Shown: positions 1 through 10,693 of the stretch, one piece after another
How the letters are laid out: the number at the start of each line of letters is the position of its first letter
How positions within the stretch are numbered: the stretch's first letter is position 1
NCBI GenBank assembly: GCA_964574275.1
Contig: CAZNML010000003.1
Location: forward strand, 1-51,131
Direction: 5' to 3'
Source: an uncultured Thiosulfatimonas sp.
GTDB taxonomy: Bacteria > Pseudomonadota > Gammaproteobacteria > Thiomicrospirales > Thiomicrospiraceae
Length of the DNA: 51,131 bases
Notes under the pieces: model-generated
What the model saw: only the letters and a program-made list of their open reading frames with translations
Databases searched by the model: none
What the model was told of the DNA's origin: nothing
Translations under genes and position numbers: made by a program

Positions 1-34
1 CAGAGATCAAGTAAATAAGCCCTTCCGAAAAGGT

Positions 35-1597
35 TTAGTGTTTAAAATGGCGCATCCCTGTGAACACCATTGCGATACCATGCTCATCAGCCGCATCAAT
101 TACTTCCTGATCACGCATTGATCCACCTGGGTGAATAACCGCGGTGATACCGGCTTCTGCCGCCGCATCGATTCCATCACGGAATGGGAAGAATGCATCA
201 GAAGCCATTACCGAACCAGGAACCTCTAAACCTTCATCGGCAGCTTTGATACCAGCGATTTTAGCTGAGTAAACACGGCTCATTTGACCCGCACCGACAC
301 CGATCGTCATGCCGTCTTTAACGTAAACGATGGCGTTCGATTTAACGAATTTAGCCACTTTCCAAGCAAACATAAGGTCTTTCATCTGCTCTGCAGTTGG
401 TGCCTTTTTAGTCACTACCTTAAGGTCGGCTTCGTCAACCATGCCTAAGTCACGGTCTTGAACCAATAGTCCACCCGTTACACGCTTGTAGTCATAAGCC
501 GCTTCTTGCTGACCTAGTTCACCGCAAGCTAATAGTCGAACGTTTTTCTTCGCTTCAACTACCGCTTTCGCTTCGTCTGAAACAGTCGGAGCAATGATGA
601 CTTCAACAAATTGGCGGTCAACGATAGCTTGTGCCGTTTCTGCATCTAGTTCTGTATTGAATGCGATGATGCCACCGAATGCAGAAGTTGGGTCAGTTTT
701 GTAAGCGCGGTCATAGGCTTCAAACTGAGTTGCGCCGATTGATACACCACAAGGGTTGGCGTGCTTGACGATAACACAGGCGGTTTCAGTGAAAGTTTTG
801 ACCAATTCAAGTGCCGCATCGGTATCCGCGATATTGTTGAATGAAAGCTCTTTACCTTGAATCTGAGTCGCCGTTGAGATAGACGCTTCAGAAGGGTTGC
901 GTTCTGTATAGAAAGCCGCACTTTGATGCGGGTTCTCACCGTAACGCATAGTCTGTTTTTTAACCAGCTGAGTGTTGAAAGTACGCGAGAAGTTGTCTGC
1001 TGAATCTTCAGAGAACATCTTACCGAAGTAGTTAGAGATCGCACCGTCGTAACGTGAAGTTTGTTCAAAGGTCTTGATAGCTAGATCGAAACGTGTCGCG
1101 TGAGCCAGTTGACCATCGTTAGCTTGCATCTCTTCCAAGATGCGGCTGTAGTCTGCAGGGTCTGTTACTACAGCAACGTCTTTATGGTTCTTGGCTGCTG
1201 AACGTAGCATTGTTGGTCCACCGATATCGATGTTTTCAACCGCATCTTCCAGTTTGCAATCTGGGTTAGCAACAGTCGCTTCAAACGGGTATAGGTTAAC
1301 CACGACCATATCGATTGCATCGATACCGTGTTCAGCCATGACCGCGTCGTCAGTACCGCGACGACCTAGCAGACCACCGTGAATCTTAGGGTGAAGCGTT
1401 TTTACACGACCGTCCATCATCTCTGGGAAACCAGTGTATTCAGAAACTTCAGTAACAGGCAGGCCTGCTTCAGAAAGTACTTTATAAGTACCGCCAGTTG
1501 AAAGGATGGCAACATTCATTGCGGTTAACGACTCGGCAAACTCTAAAATGCCGGTTTTGTCTGAAACGCTAATCAGGGCGCGACGTACTGGTTTCAT
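35..1597 (-). CDS. purH: Bifunctional AICAR transformylase/IMP cyclohydrolase
   Basis: [13 protein letters not shown]-terminus, [45 protein letters not shown]-terminus. Confidence 0.99.
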   Translation of the reverse strand: MKPVRRALISVSDKTGILEFAESLTAMNVAILSTGGTYKVLSEAGLPVTEVSEYTGFPEMMDGRVKTLHPKIHGGLLGRRGTDDAVMAEHGIDAIDMVVVNLYPFEATVANPDCKLEDAVENIDIGGPTMLRSAAKNHKDVAVVTDPADYSRILEEMQANDGQLAHATRFDLAIKTFEQTSRYDGAISNYFGKMFSEDSADNFSRTFNTQLVKKQTMRYGENPHQSAAFYTERNPSEASISTATQIQGKELSFNNIADTDAALELVKTFTETACVIVKHANPCGVSIGATQFEAYDRAYKTDPTSAFGGIIAFNTELDAETAQAIVDRQFVEVIIAPTVSDEAKAVVEAKKNVRLLACGELGQQEAAYDYKRVTGGLLVQDRDLGMVDEADLKVVTKKAPTAEQMKDLMFAWKVAKFVKSNAIVYVKDGMTIGVGAGQMSRVYSAKIAGIKAADEGLEVPGSVMASDAFFPFRDGIDAAAEAGITAVIHPGGSMRDQEVIDAADEHGIAMVFTGMRHFKH

Positions 1598-1660
1598 TGG
1601 GGCTTCTCCAAAAATAAAAACTAAAATTAAAAATCTGTATGGGGTTGTGACTGACTCAAC

Positions 1661-1963
1661 TTAAATCAAATCGTATTTCTGCATTTTCTTGCGCAATGTA
1701 TTGCGATTGATGCCCAGAATCTGGGCACTCTTTGACTGATTTTGATCGGTTTGCGCCAGAATAAATTCAATCAACGGTTTCTCAACCTGTTGTATGACCA
1801 TTTCATAGACATCGGTCGCCGACTCTTTGTCGAGCGTGTCAAAATAGCTCTCTAAAGTCACGGTAACTTGTGCGCTCAAAGAGTGGTTAGGGTTCTTTTC
1901 TGTCATTCGCTTTAAATTAAATTCGAGGTTGATTCGATTCTGAGCAGGCCTGGTAAAAGGCAT
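1661..1963 (-). CDS. fis: Fis family DNA-binding protein
   Basis: C-terminal HTH NQSKSAQILGINRNTLRKKMQKY; between dusB and purH; AGGA RBS before ATG 1963 (alternative start 1906). Confidence 0.93.
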   Translation of the reverse strand: MPFTRPAQNRINLEFNLKRMTEKNPNHSLSAQVTVTLESYFDTLDKESATDVYEMVIQQVEKPLIEFILAQTDQNQSKSAQILGINRNTLRKKMQKYDLI

Positions 1964-1974
1964 GGTTTCCTGTT

Positions 1975-2943
1975 TTATAACAGGTCTGCAAAGAAATGTT
2001 CGATCAACAGCAGTTGTTCTTTAGGTTCGGTGAGCTGATTGAATGACCTGCGAAGTGTCGTTCCTTCGGGCAGGTGTTGGCTATACCATCCAATGTGTTT
2101 GCGGGCGATGCGAACACCGAGCATGTCACCGTATAACTGATGCAGCCCGGAGATATGTTCAATCATGGTGTGATAGAACTCATTCAGTGTCGGGGCGGGG
2201 AGGTGCGAACCGGTTTCAAGATAATGATTTATCTCACGAAATATCCAAGGGTAACCTTGAGTTGCACGTCCAATCATAATGCCATCAGCAGATGTGTATT
2301 CTAATACAAATTTGGCCTGCTCGGGAGTGTTAATATCACCATTTGCAATCACGGGAATGTCAATATTCTGTTTGACGCTACGAATGGTTTCGTATTCAGC
2401 TTGGCCGTTAAACTTATCTTCACGGGTGCGGCCGTGGATAGTCACCGCTTTGAGACCGCTCTGCTGAGCCAGTGTCGCAATCTGCAGAGCATTTTTATTG
2501 TTTTGGTCGGTGCCGACACGCATTTTAACGGTGACCGGAATGTCCACCGCATCCATCACCGCCTTAAAAATTTCAGCTACGGTTTCAGGTCTGCCCATCA
2601 GTGCCGAACCCGCAGCCACACTGCAGACTTTTTTGGCTGGGCAACCTAAGTTCAAGTCAATGATCTGTGCGCCATTCTGCTGTTGCCAGTGTGCGGCATC
2701 AGCCAGCTCCTGAGCATTGGTGCCCAGTAGTTGCACGGCTCTGGGTTCAGGATCACTTTTATCGACATGGCGAGTGGAGGATTTTTTTGAGTTCCACAGC
2801 TGTTTTTGTGAGGCGACCATCTCCGCCAGCGTGTAGCAGGCCCCATTCTGGCGACAGATTCGGCGGTAGACAGCATCGGTGATGCCTGCCATAGGGGCAA
2901 GCACAATATTATGTTCAAATTGATAGGGGCCAATGGTCAGCAT
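1975..2943 (-). CDS. dusB: tRNA-dihydrouridine synthase B
   Basis: LAPMAGITD, IDLNLGCPAKKV, TIHGRTR, IPVIANGDI; dusB-fis synteny. Confidence 0.96.
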   Translation of the reverse strand: MLTIGPYQFEHNIVLAPMAGITDAVYRRICRQNGACYTLAEMVASQKQLWNSKKSSTRHVDKSDPEPRAVQLLGTNAQELADAAHWQQQNGAQIIDLNLGCPAKKVCSVAAGSALMGRPETVAEIFKAVMDAVDIPVTVKMRVGTDQNNKNALQIATLAQQSGLKAVTIHGRTREDKFNGQAEYETIRSVKQNIDIPVIANGDINTPEQAKFVLEYTSADGIMIGRATQGYPWIFREINHYLETGSHLPAPTLNEFYHTMIEHISGLHQLYGDMLGVRIARKHIGWYSQHLPEGTTLRRSFNQLTEPKEQLLLIEHFFADLL

Positions 2944-2988
2944 AATTGTCTTTCGCGTGTGTCAGTGTTTTCAGCAGGGCTGCTCAGC

Positions 2989-3867
2989 TTAAGCTTGCTT
3001 GGTTCCCGCTAACAGTCCCCACTCTTCTTGAGATTTGAAGGTGTCTAAAATAATGCCAAACTGCTGATAGTGGTTTTGCAGCTCCTCGGCCTGTGAGGTC
3101 AGCAGGCCTGACAGAACCAGAGTTCCGCCCGGTTTAAGCAGATGGTCAAACTCTTCAGCCAACTCTTTCAGTGGCCCCGCCAGAATATTGGCAATCAGTA
3201 GATCAACCGGTTCCGATTTAAAGTCTTTAACCAGCTCAAATGGAATCTGTTCACCATTGCGTTTTGCATTTTCCAAACTGGCTGAAATCGCTTGCGGGTC
3301 AATGTCGGTACCGGCCACCGAAGCGGCACCCAGTTTTTGTGCCGCCAGCGCCAAAACGCCGGAACCGCAGCCATAATCGATTACACTGAGGTTTTCAGGT
3401 GGGTGCTGATCCAGCCAGGTTAAGCACTGGGCAGTGGTTGGATGAGTTCCGGTTCCAAATGCCATGCCGGGATCCAGCATTAGATTGACCGCATCAGGTT
3501 GTGGCGGTTGTGTCCAGCTTGGCACAATCCACAGGCGCTCACCAAATTGCATCGGTTCAAACTGATCCATCCAGGCACGAACCCAGTCTTTGTCTTCCAG
3601 CTGTTCAACTTTGAAGTTCTGTTTTTCAAGGGTCGGCTGCAGCAGACACAGAATATCGATGATGTTATCGCTGTTCATCTCAGCATCAAACAGGCCGATC
3701 ACTTTGGTACGGTTCCAGATCGGGGTGGTGCCTAGATCGGGCTCGTAGATGGGCTGGTCTTTGGCGTCTTCAAAGGTGACCGAACTGGCACCGACGTCCA
3801 TAAAGGCATCGGAAAGAGGTTCTGCTAGGGCTTCATCGACAGTGGTATTGATTTGGATCCAAGCCAT
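2989..3867 (-). CDS. prmA: Ribosomal protein L11 methyltransferase
   Basis: LDPGMAFGTGTHPTT, IDYGCGSGVLA SAM motif, ANILAGPL. Confidence 0.98.
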   Translation of the reverse strand: MAWIQINTTVDEALAEPLSDAFMDVGASSVTFEDAKDQPIYEPDLGTTPIWNRTKVIGLFDAEMNSDNIIDILCLLQPTLEKQNFKVEQLEDKDWVRAWMDQFEPMQFGERLWIVPSWTQPPQPDAVNLMLDPGMAFGTGTHPTTAQCLTWLDQHPPENLSVIDYGCGSGVLALAAQKLGAASVAGTDIDPQAISASLENAKRNGEQIPFELVKDFKSEPVDLLIANILAGPLKELAEEFDHLLKPGGTLVLSGLLTSQAEELQNHYQQFGIILDTFKSQEEWGLLAGTKQA

Positions 3868-3978
3868 GGTTATTCCTTAATAAATTTGAATCAATGGTTT
3901 TAAGTTTCTCTTAAAAGCATTTTGCAAGAGCGGCAGTTGGCGTGCAGTCCGTGCAAAATCCTCTCCAGTAGAAAAAAC

Positions 3979-4014
3979 AAAAAACCTCTTACGGGATTCC
4001 ATAAGAGGTTTTTT
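3979..4014. terminator. Intrinsic terminator downstream of accC (bidirectional-looking)
   Basis: AAAAAACCTCTTA..loop..TAAGAGGTTTTTT inverted repeat with A/T tracts on both sides. Confidence 0.8.
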
Positions 4015-4064
4015 GATGCAGATCTTCTATCTCAATAGAGGATACAAGATCGAGTGTGCAGCGC

Positions 4065-5414
4065 TTATACCAGGTGTTCTAAACGGTGCTCAAGGTAGTG
4101 AATATTCACGCCGCCTTCGCAGAAGCCGTGATCATTCATAATCTCGCGTTGTAGGTGAACATTGGTATCGATACCTTTAATCACCATCTCCTGTAGCGCG
4201 ACGTTCATGCGGCTAATCGCTGTGTTACGGTCATTACCGAAACAGATCAGTTTACCGATCATGGAGTCATAATGCGGTGGAATTGAGTAGCCGGTATAGA
4301 TGTGTGAATCCCAACGAACGCCCAAACCGCCTGGCAGGTGAAGTCGATCAATCTGGCCTGGCGAAGGCATAAAGTTTTTCGCCGGGTTTTCTGCATTGAT
4401 ACGACACTCAATGGCGTGGCCTTTAAGTTGAATGTCCTCCTGTTTCAGGCTTAACGGCATACCTACCGCGACTTCGATCTGTGCTTTTACCAGATCCACT
4501 CCGGTCACCATCTCTGTGACAGAGTGTTCAACCTGCAGACGTGTGTTCATCTCAATAAAGTAGAACTCACCGTTTTCGTATAGGAACTCAAACGTTCCAG
4601 CACCACGGTAGTTGATCTCAATACAGGCGTTAACACAAGCGGCACCGATCTTAGCGCGCTGCTCAGGTGTTACTCCAGGAGCCGGAGCTTCTTCCACTAC
4701 CTTTTGGTGGCGGCGCTGCATAGAGCAGTCTCGCTCACCCAGGTGAACCGCATTGCCTTGACCGTCGGCTAACACCTGAACCTCTACGTGTCGAGGGTTC
4801 TCCAGGAACTTCTCCATATAGACTTCCGGGTTACCAAAGAAGCTGCCCGCTTCCGACTTGGTTAGCTGAATCGATTTCAGTAGGTTGGCTTCGGTGTGCA
4901 CCACACGCATTCCGCGTCCGCCACCACCACCAGAGGCCTTGATGATAATTGGGTAGCCGATCTCTTTGGCGATACGGTGGTTCTCTTCATCGTCATCACC
5001 TAAAGGGCCGCCAGAACCAGGTACAGTCGGAACGCCCGCCGCTTTCATAGCGCGAATCGCGGAGACCTTGTCACCCATAGTACGGATGGTGTCCGCCTTA
5101 GGGCCGATAAAAACAAAGCCACTCTCTTCAACACGTTCAGCAAAGTCGGCGTTTTCAGCCAAAAAGCCGTAGCCAGGGTGAATGGCTTCCGCATCGGTGA
5201 TCTCTGCCGCGGCAATAATGGCAGGCACATTCAGGTAGCTGTCGGTTGATGGCGCAGGTCCGATACAGACGGACTCGTCCGCCAGCAGAACGTGTTTTAA
5301 TTCAGCATCCGCTGTTGAGTGAACGGCAACCGTTTTAATGCCCAGTTCTTTACATGCGCGCAACACGCGTAGAGCAATCTCTCCACGGTTGGCAATCAGA
5401 ATTTTTTCAATCAT
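4065..5414 (-). CDS. accC: Acetyl-CoA carboxylase biotin carboxylase subunit
   Basis: [44 protein letters not shown]. Confidence 0.99.
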   Translation of the reverse strand: MIEKILIANRGEIALRVLRACKELGIKTVAVHSTADAELKHVLLADESVCIGPAPSTDSYLNVPAIIAAAEITDAEAIHPGYGFLAENADFAERVEESGFVFIGPKADTIRTMGDKVSAIRAMKAAGVPTVPGSGGPLGDDDEENHRIAKEIGYPIIIKASGGGGGRGMRVVHTEANLLKSIQLTKSEAGSFFGNPEVYMEKFLENPRHVEVQVLADGQGNAVHLGERDCSMQRRHQKVVEEAPAPGVTPEQRAKIGAACVNACIEINYRGAGTFEFLYENGEFYFIEMNTRLQVEHSVTEMVTGVDLVKAQIEVAVGMPLSLKQEDIQLKGHAIECRINAENPAKNFMPSPGQIDRLHLPGGLGVRWDSHIYTGYSIPPHYDSMIGKLICFGNDRNTAISRMNVALQEMVIKGIDTNVHLQREIMNDHGFCEGGVNIHYLEHRLEHLV

Positions 5415-5426
5415 TGTGGGCCTTCC

Positions 5427-5891
5427 TTATTCGATAACGAATAGTACTTGACCGAACTCAACAGGCTCGCCATTCACGCCTTGAATCTGTTTGACCGTAC
5501 CGGATACCTCAGACTCGATTGGATTCATGATCTTCATCGCTTCAATAATGCATAGGGTATCACCGGCGGCAACCTGATCACCTACCTGAACAAATGGGCC
5601 TGCATCAGGCGATGGAGCGGCGTAGAAAGTACCGACCATTGGTGAAGTGACCTTGTGGCCAGAGATTTCAGCAGGTGCAGCCGTTTCCGCTTCAGCAGAT
5701 GGCGCAGCTGCTGCTGGTGCAGCAGGTGCCGCAACTGCCGCCGGAGCAGCGGCCGCTTGCGGTGCAGCAACAATGACAGGCTCTTTGCTGCGAGTAATAC
5801 GAATATTGTGCTCGCCTTCTTTGATCTCAATTTCAGCGATGTCTGACTGTTCAACAATTTCAATTAGTTTACGAATTGAACGAATATCCAT
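5427..5891 (-). CDS. accB: Biotin carboxyl carrier protein
   Basis: [11 protein letters not shown], Ala/Pro linker, [12 protein letters not shown] biotinylation motif. Confidence 0.98.
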   Translation of the reverse strand: MDIRSIRKLIEIVEQSDIAEIEIKEGEHNIRITRSKEPVIVAAPQAAAAPAAVAAPAAPAAAAPSAEAETAAPAEISGHKVTSPMVGTFYAAPSPDAGPFVQVGDQVAAGDTLCIIEAMKIMNPIESEVSGTVKQIQGVNGEPVEFGQVLFVIE

Positions 5892-5982
5892 GTTTCTTCC
5901 TTTGTCTGCTGCCTTAGCATGGGTGATAAGGCATTAATTAATAGGGGTTAGCGCATCCAAACGATGCGCTGTATAAATTCTT

Positions 5983-6423
5983 TTACGACTTGATTTTTTC
6001 CACTGCTGCTTGTAATGCCAGCGCGTAACCTTTACTGCCTAAACCGGCAATCACGCCTTCTGCCAAATCTGAAAAATAGGAGTGAGCTCGAAACGGTTCT
6101 CTCTTATGGATATTGGACAGGTGTACTTCTATAAAGGGCAGGTTAACGGTTGCAATCGCATCGCGAATGGCGACACTGGTGTGGGTGAAAGCGGCGGGGT
6201 TGATAATAATGAAATCGGTGCCATCATCCATCGCTTGATGAATGCGCTCGACAATCTCATGCTCGGCATTGCTTTGAAAGTGGCGCAGTCGAACATTGTA
6301 TTGATCGGCCAGCTGCTCGAGCTCTTCGGTGATGTCTGCAAGCGTTTGATGGCCGTAAATTTGCGGTTCGCGTTTGCCTAACATATTCAGGTTAGGGCCA
6401 TTCAATACTAATATGCTTGCCAT
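5983..6423 (-). CDS. aroQ: Type II 3-dehydroquinate dehydratase
   Basis: [35 protein letters not shown]. Confidence 0.98.
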   Translation of the reverse strand: MASILVLNGPNLNMLGKREPQIYGHQTLADITEELEQLADQYNVRLRHFQSNAEHEIVERIHQAMDDGTDFIIINPAAFTHTSVAIRDAIATVNLPFIEVHLSNIHKREPFRAHSYFSDLAEGVIAGLGSKGYALALQAAVEKIKS

Positions 6424-6612
6424 ACTTTAAGAATCCGTCGTTAGTTGTTGTTGTGATTATAGCCCAACTGCCTGGATAACTCTATGAAAAGTAGGGGGCA
6501 AGAGGTAAATTTCTGTAACGAAATGTTGCGTTTTGTTTTGAAATTGAGCGAAAGGTCGGTTTTGGGGTGTGAGCCCGGTACTGAAAACCGGGCTTGATAA
6601 TGGGTGAAGTGT

Positions 6613-8841
6613 TTAGCGGTAAGCTTGATTGACGATCTGGGTGAAATCTTCGGCATTTTTAAAGCCAACTACACGTTGTGCTTTCAGCTCTTCACCTTCA
6701 GTATTGAAGAATAGAATCGCCGGCGGGCCGATCAATCCGTATTTTTTCATTAAGGCTTTATCGATGGTGTCGTTAGCGGTGACGTCCGCCTGAATCAGGG
6801 TCACACCTTTAAGGGCGTTGTGCACATTTTGGTCGGTAAAGGTTAAGGCCTCCATCTCTTTGCAGCTAACGCACCAATCGGCATAGAAATCCAGCATAAC
6901 CGGCTTGCCTTTGGCAAGTTCGGCATTTAAGTCATCGATGCTTTTAATGCTTTTGAACTCTAGGTGTTCCGAGTGCGCCTGTGTACTGCCGCCACCCTGG
7001 AAGACTTTAAGAGGTTGCAGCATCTGTTTGCTACCGCCTAAAACGCCAACCAGGATCATTGCACCGTAAAGCGCTAGAATCAGACCAAAGCCTTTGGCCA
7101 GCTTTGACCAGCCGGACTTGCCGTCGGTGCTGTCGAATGCCCCGAGGTAGACCGCTGAGATAATAAATAGCGCAGCCCAGCTCAGTAGAATGATCTCTGC
7201 CGGCAGGATGCGATCTGCCATCCAGATGGCAATACCGATCAGCATGACACCGAATACCGCTTTGACGTTGTCCATCCACGCACCAGCACGCGGCAGCAGT
7301 TTACCTGCCGAGGTACCGAGCAGCAGCAACGGTAACCCCATACCCATACTCATGGCAAACAGGGCGGTACCGCCCAGCAGGGCATCACCGGTCTGACCAA
7401 TATAGATCAGCGCACCCGCCAAAGGTGGGGCGACGCATGGTCCGACAATCAGAGCCGACAGGAAGCCCATAATGGCCACACCGGTTAGGGTGCCGCCTTG
7501 CTGCTTATTGGAGAGATTGGTTAATTTGGTCTGCAGTTTTCCAGGCAGCTGCAGTTCATAGAAACCAAACATCGACAGCGCCAGCAGTAGGAAAATAACG
7601 GTGAAGCTACCGATAATCCATGGGTTCTGGAAAGCGGCCTGCAGGTTCTCTCCAAATAGCCCGGCTAAAACACCGGCAACCGTGTAGGTTACCGACATTG
7701 CCAGAACATAAACCAGCGACATGATGAAGGCGCGTCGAGTCGTCAGTTGATCCCCCTGACCGATAATGATGCTGGATAGGATCGGGATCATTGGGAAGAC
7801 ACAAGGGGTCAATGCCAGTAGCAGTCCAAATACAAAGAAGGTGGCAATGACAATCCAGACGCTGCTGTTCTTCAGAGTATCGGCAATCTGATCGGTTTCA
7901 GACAGGTTCTGCTCAGCGACATTGGCTGTACCCAGAGTAACACCGCTGGCAGCAGAAGCCATCTTCAAGTCTTCCGCATTGACCTCAACCGATTTTTGCA
8001 TAGGCGGGTAACAGACGCCGGCAGAGGCGGAGCAGCCCTGGAATTCAAACTCTATGGTGGATGGGCTGCTAATTGCGCTAATTGGTAGGGTGGCTTGGAT
8101 AGTGCCGTGGTAAACGTCGGTTTTGCCAAATAGAGGGTCATCTATGGTTTTTGCGGCAGGCAACTGCAGTGGTTCAATGGTTGCGTCGCCACTGGTTACC
8201 TTGACTTTGATCTTGTCCTTATAGAGGTGGTAGTCATTGGCAATATTCCAGCTGGCGGTTAACTGACCGTCAATAATCTGTGTGCTGAATTGAAAGGCGT
8301 CATCCGCTTCCAGCAGTTCCGGTTGGCCACTGCTGTCAACTAAAAGTTCATTCAAGCCCGCCAGAGCATCAAAACCCTGGCTGGTCGGTTGAGTGGCCTG
8401 AGGGGCTTGAGGAACATCAATGGTAAATTTTTTGGTCTGAGGTGGGTAGCAGACGCCAATTTTATCGGCGCAACCCTGATATTTAACCGTGAGGTTAATG
8501 CTGCTGGAGGCTGTGGTAAACGGGGTTTGCACCTCAGCATTGTCGCTGTAAACCTCGGTTTTACCAAACAGCGGATCGTCTACCAGTTTTGCTTTAGAGA
8601 AGATCGATGTGCCTAGAGTGGCGTTGTCAGAGCTGACTGATATTTTGTCTTTGTAGAGTTTGTAGTCCTTTGCAATCGACCACTGGGTAATGATCTTACC
8701 ACTCTCTATGGTTGGGGTGCTCAGTTGGAAGGCGTCATCCACCTCCAGTAACTCGTCGGCATGCGCACTATGCAACGGGGCAAATAGTGATAAGCTCAAT
8801 AATAAGATGCTAACTAATTTGAATTGTGACCAGATCTGCAT
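6613..8841 (-). CDS. dsbD: Thiol:disulfide interchange protein DsbD with two N-terminal domains
   Basis: Signal peptide; two GC..xGVCYPP domains; TM domain with TPCVFPM and GPCVAPP; thioredoxin domain DFYADWCVSCKE. Confidence 0.96.
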   Translation of the reverse strand: MQIWSQFKLVSILLLSLSLFAPLHSAHADELLEVDDAFQLSTPTIESGKIITQWSIAKDYKLYKDKISVSSDNATLGTSIFSKAKLVDDPLFGKTEVYSDNAEVQTPFTTASSSINLTVKYQGCADKIGVCYPPQTKKFTIDVPQAPQATQPTSQGFDALAGLNELLVDSSGQPELLEADDAFQFSTQIIDGQLTASWNIANDYHLYKDKIKVKVTSGDATIEPLQLPAAKTIDDPLFGKTDVYHGTIQATLPISAISSPSTIEFEFQGCSASAGVCYPPMQKSVEVNAEDLKMASAASGVTLGTANVAEQNLSETDQIADTLKNSSVWIVIATFFVFGLLLALTPCVFPMIPILSSIIIGQGDQLTTRRAFIMSLVYVLAMSVTYTVAGVLAGLFGENLQAAFQNPWIIGSFTVIFLLLALSMFGFYELQLPGKLQTKLTNLSNKQQGGTLTGVAIMGFLSALIVGPCVAPPLAGALIYIGQTGDALLGGTALFAMSMGMGLPLLLLGTSAGKLLPRAGAWMDNVKAVFGVMLIGIAIWMADRILPAEIILLSWAALFIISAVYLGAFDSTDGKSGWSKLAKGFGLILALYGAMILVGVLGGSKQMLQPLKVFQGGGSTQAHSEHLEFKSIKSIDDLNAELAKGKPVMLDFYADWCVSCKEMEALTFTDQNVHNALKGVTLIQADVTANDTIDKALMKKYGLIGPPAILFFNTEGEELKAQRVVGFKNAEDFTQIVNQAYR

Positions 8842-9152
8842 TGAGTGTCTCTCTTAAATATCTTTTAATTGGGGACCTTGAAAAAAATGGATTTAACTCT
8901 ATTTAAATCAGGTATGACCCTTGATGACAATTTGATTTTAAAGTTGTCATCTTTAATAATTATTAATGAATTCTATAACACTTAATAAAGAGTGTTTACC
9001 TTTTTAATTGCCTTTAGATGGATAATTTAACGCATAAACCCGGTTGTGCCATTTTATGCGGTTCTATTCTAGAAGCTTAAGCTCCGTTTTTAAGTTATCA
9101 CGCTGCTGTGGTTAATTGATGATTCTGAGAGCGCTTATTTAATGAGACCCCT

Positions 9153-9653
9153 ATGTTAAAAGTTTTCTTTCTGCTGTTTCTACTGATTCCTCTGATTGAG
9201 CTGTATGTATTGATACAGGTTGGTGGGGTGATTGGTGCTCTGCCCACTGTGCTATTGACTATTACCACTGCTGTTATTGGGGTTGCACTGATGAGAAGTC
9301 AGGGGATGGCTACTATGCATAAAGCACAAGTAGCAATGTCTTCCGGGCAGCCGCCGCAGATGGAGATTATGGAGGGGGTGTTTATTTTCCTGGGAGGCGT
9401 ATTTCTGTTTGTACCAGGCCTGATCAGTGATACCTTAGGTTTTCTGTTTTTGGTGCCGTTTATCCGTCAGGCGCTGATTAAGCAGGCGCTAAAAGGGACG
9501 CAGATGCGCGGTCACTACCGTTATCAGCGTGGTCAGGGCGACTACTATGAGGGGGAGTGGAGCGAAGCGGAACCAAAACAGCCGCACTCCCTGCAGCAAA
9601 AAGACATTATTGACGGTGAAGTGATCGATTCAGACTCTTCGCGCAAGTCTTGA
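9153..9653 (+). CDS. fxsA: FxsA family membrane protein
   Basis: LIPLIELYVLIQVG, GGVFLFVPGLISD, C-terminal IIDGE. Confidence 0.93.
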   Translation: MLKVFFLLFLLIPLIELYVLIQVGGVIGALPTVLLTITTAVIGVALMRSQGMATMHKAQVAMSSGQPPQMEIMEGVFIFLGGVFLFVPGLISDTLGFLFLVPFIRQALIKQALKGTQMRGHYRYQRGQGDYYEGEWSEAEPKQPHSLQQKDIIDGEVIDSDSSRKS

Positions 9654-9655
9654 GT

Positions 9656-10495
9656 TTACTCAATTAACTCCAGATACCCATCTTGATAACTTGGGTATTT
9701 GAATTCATAACCGCTTTGGCGAACTTTCTGGTTGGATAGCCGTTTATTGCTGCGCATCAAACGGCTGTTCTCAGTCGGTTCAATATGTTCTATCTCCGCC
9801 ACATTCAGCTGTTCAGCCAGCCACTCATACACTTCGCACGACAGAGTCGGCTGGTTGTCGACCCCGATATAGAGCGCCTCCAGCTGGCCTGGTGTTTGTT
9901 CATTTAGACTAATCAGATGCGCCAGCATGCCAACACAGTCACTGGAGTGGATACGGTTGCTGTAGACGCCCTCCATGCAGTGTGCCTTGCCGTCACGCAC
10001 CAGGTCAATCAGATGGTTGCGGCCTGGGCCATAGATGCCGCCAAAACGTATTATGGTCGAGGCAATCGGCGACTCTTTTACCAATGTTTCCCCCTCAAGC
10101 AGGCGTCGAGTTGAAAAGTTGCTGTCGGAGGTTGGGCTCTCCTCAGTGACCACTTCACCCTCATTTTGTCCAAAAACCGAGGTGCTGGAGATAAAAAAGA
10201 AGCGTTTAATGTTCTGCTCTGTTAAAGCTTCCAGAGTATGTCGCACGCCGGACACATAGGCTTGATAGTAGGCGAGGTCTTTGTGTTTGCCAGCAGAGGC
10301 GCTGTAGATGACATAGTCAATGTTGTCGGGCAGATCCGTAAGGGGGGCAGATAGGTCTGCTTGGATTGGCGTGATCTCATCAGGGATGTTGTCAGTAGTG
10401 CGTCGCAGCCCATACACCGTATGCCCTTGTGCCGTCAGGGTTGAACCCAGTTCACAGCCAATGCCGCCGCAGCCTGCAATAAGAATCTTTGCCAT
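9656..10495 (-). CDS. NAD-dependent epimerase/dehydratase (SDR, YeeZ-like)
   Basis: KILIAGCGGIG Rossmann motif, FISSTSVFG, RFGGIYGPGR; start moved to ATG 10495 behind AGGAGG. Confidence 0.88.
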   Translation of the reverse strand: MAKILIAGCGGIGCELGSTLTAQGHTVYGLRRTTDNIPDEITPIQADLSAPLTDLPDNIDYVIYSASAGKHKDLAYYQAYVSGVRHTLEALTEQNIKRFFFISSTSVFGQNEGEVVTEESPTSDSNFSTRRLLEGETLVKESPIASTIIRFGGIYGPGRNHLIDLVRDGKAHCMEGVYSNRIHSSDCVGMLAHLISLNEQTPGQLEALYIGVDNQPTLSCEVYEWLAEQLNVAEIEHIEPTENSRLMRSNKRLSNQKVRQSGYEFKYPSYQDGYLELIE

Positions 10496-10575
10496 AAATC
10501 TTCCTCCTAACTTTAAGGCTAGTATGCCGAAAAATTCGGCAACAAAAAAGAGATAAATGTTAAAAATTGATGACA

Positions 10576-10593
10576 CTGAACAGGCCTGTTCAG
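10576..10593. repeat. 18-bp perfect palindrome CTGAACAGGCCTGTTCAG (CAGGCCTG family)
   Basis: Direct reading; intergenic. Confidence 0.9.
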
Positions 10594-10627
10594 ATTTTAA
10601 CAGCGATTTTGTTGGCGTTCAGGTAAT

Positions 10628-10665
10628 AAAAAAGCCGCGACTAGATCAGATCTAGTCGCGGCTTT
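10628..10665 (-). terminator. Intrinsic terminator of the FadL-like gene
   Basis: AAAGCCGCGACTAGATC/A/GATCTAGTCGCGGCTTT long inverted repeat with U tract on the minus strand. Confidence 0.88.
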
Positions 10666-10693
10666 GAATAAGCTAAGTAGAAATTAACTTAGA

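Noticed and set aside
5950-5970. Hairpin AGCGCATC-CAAAC-GATGCGCT between aroQ and accB
   Set aside because: No U tract; at most an mRNA stability element, so not called as a terminator
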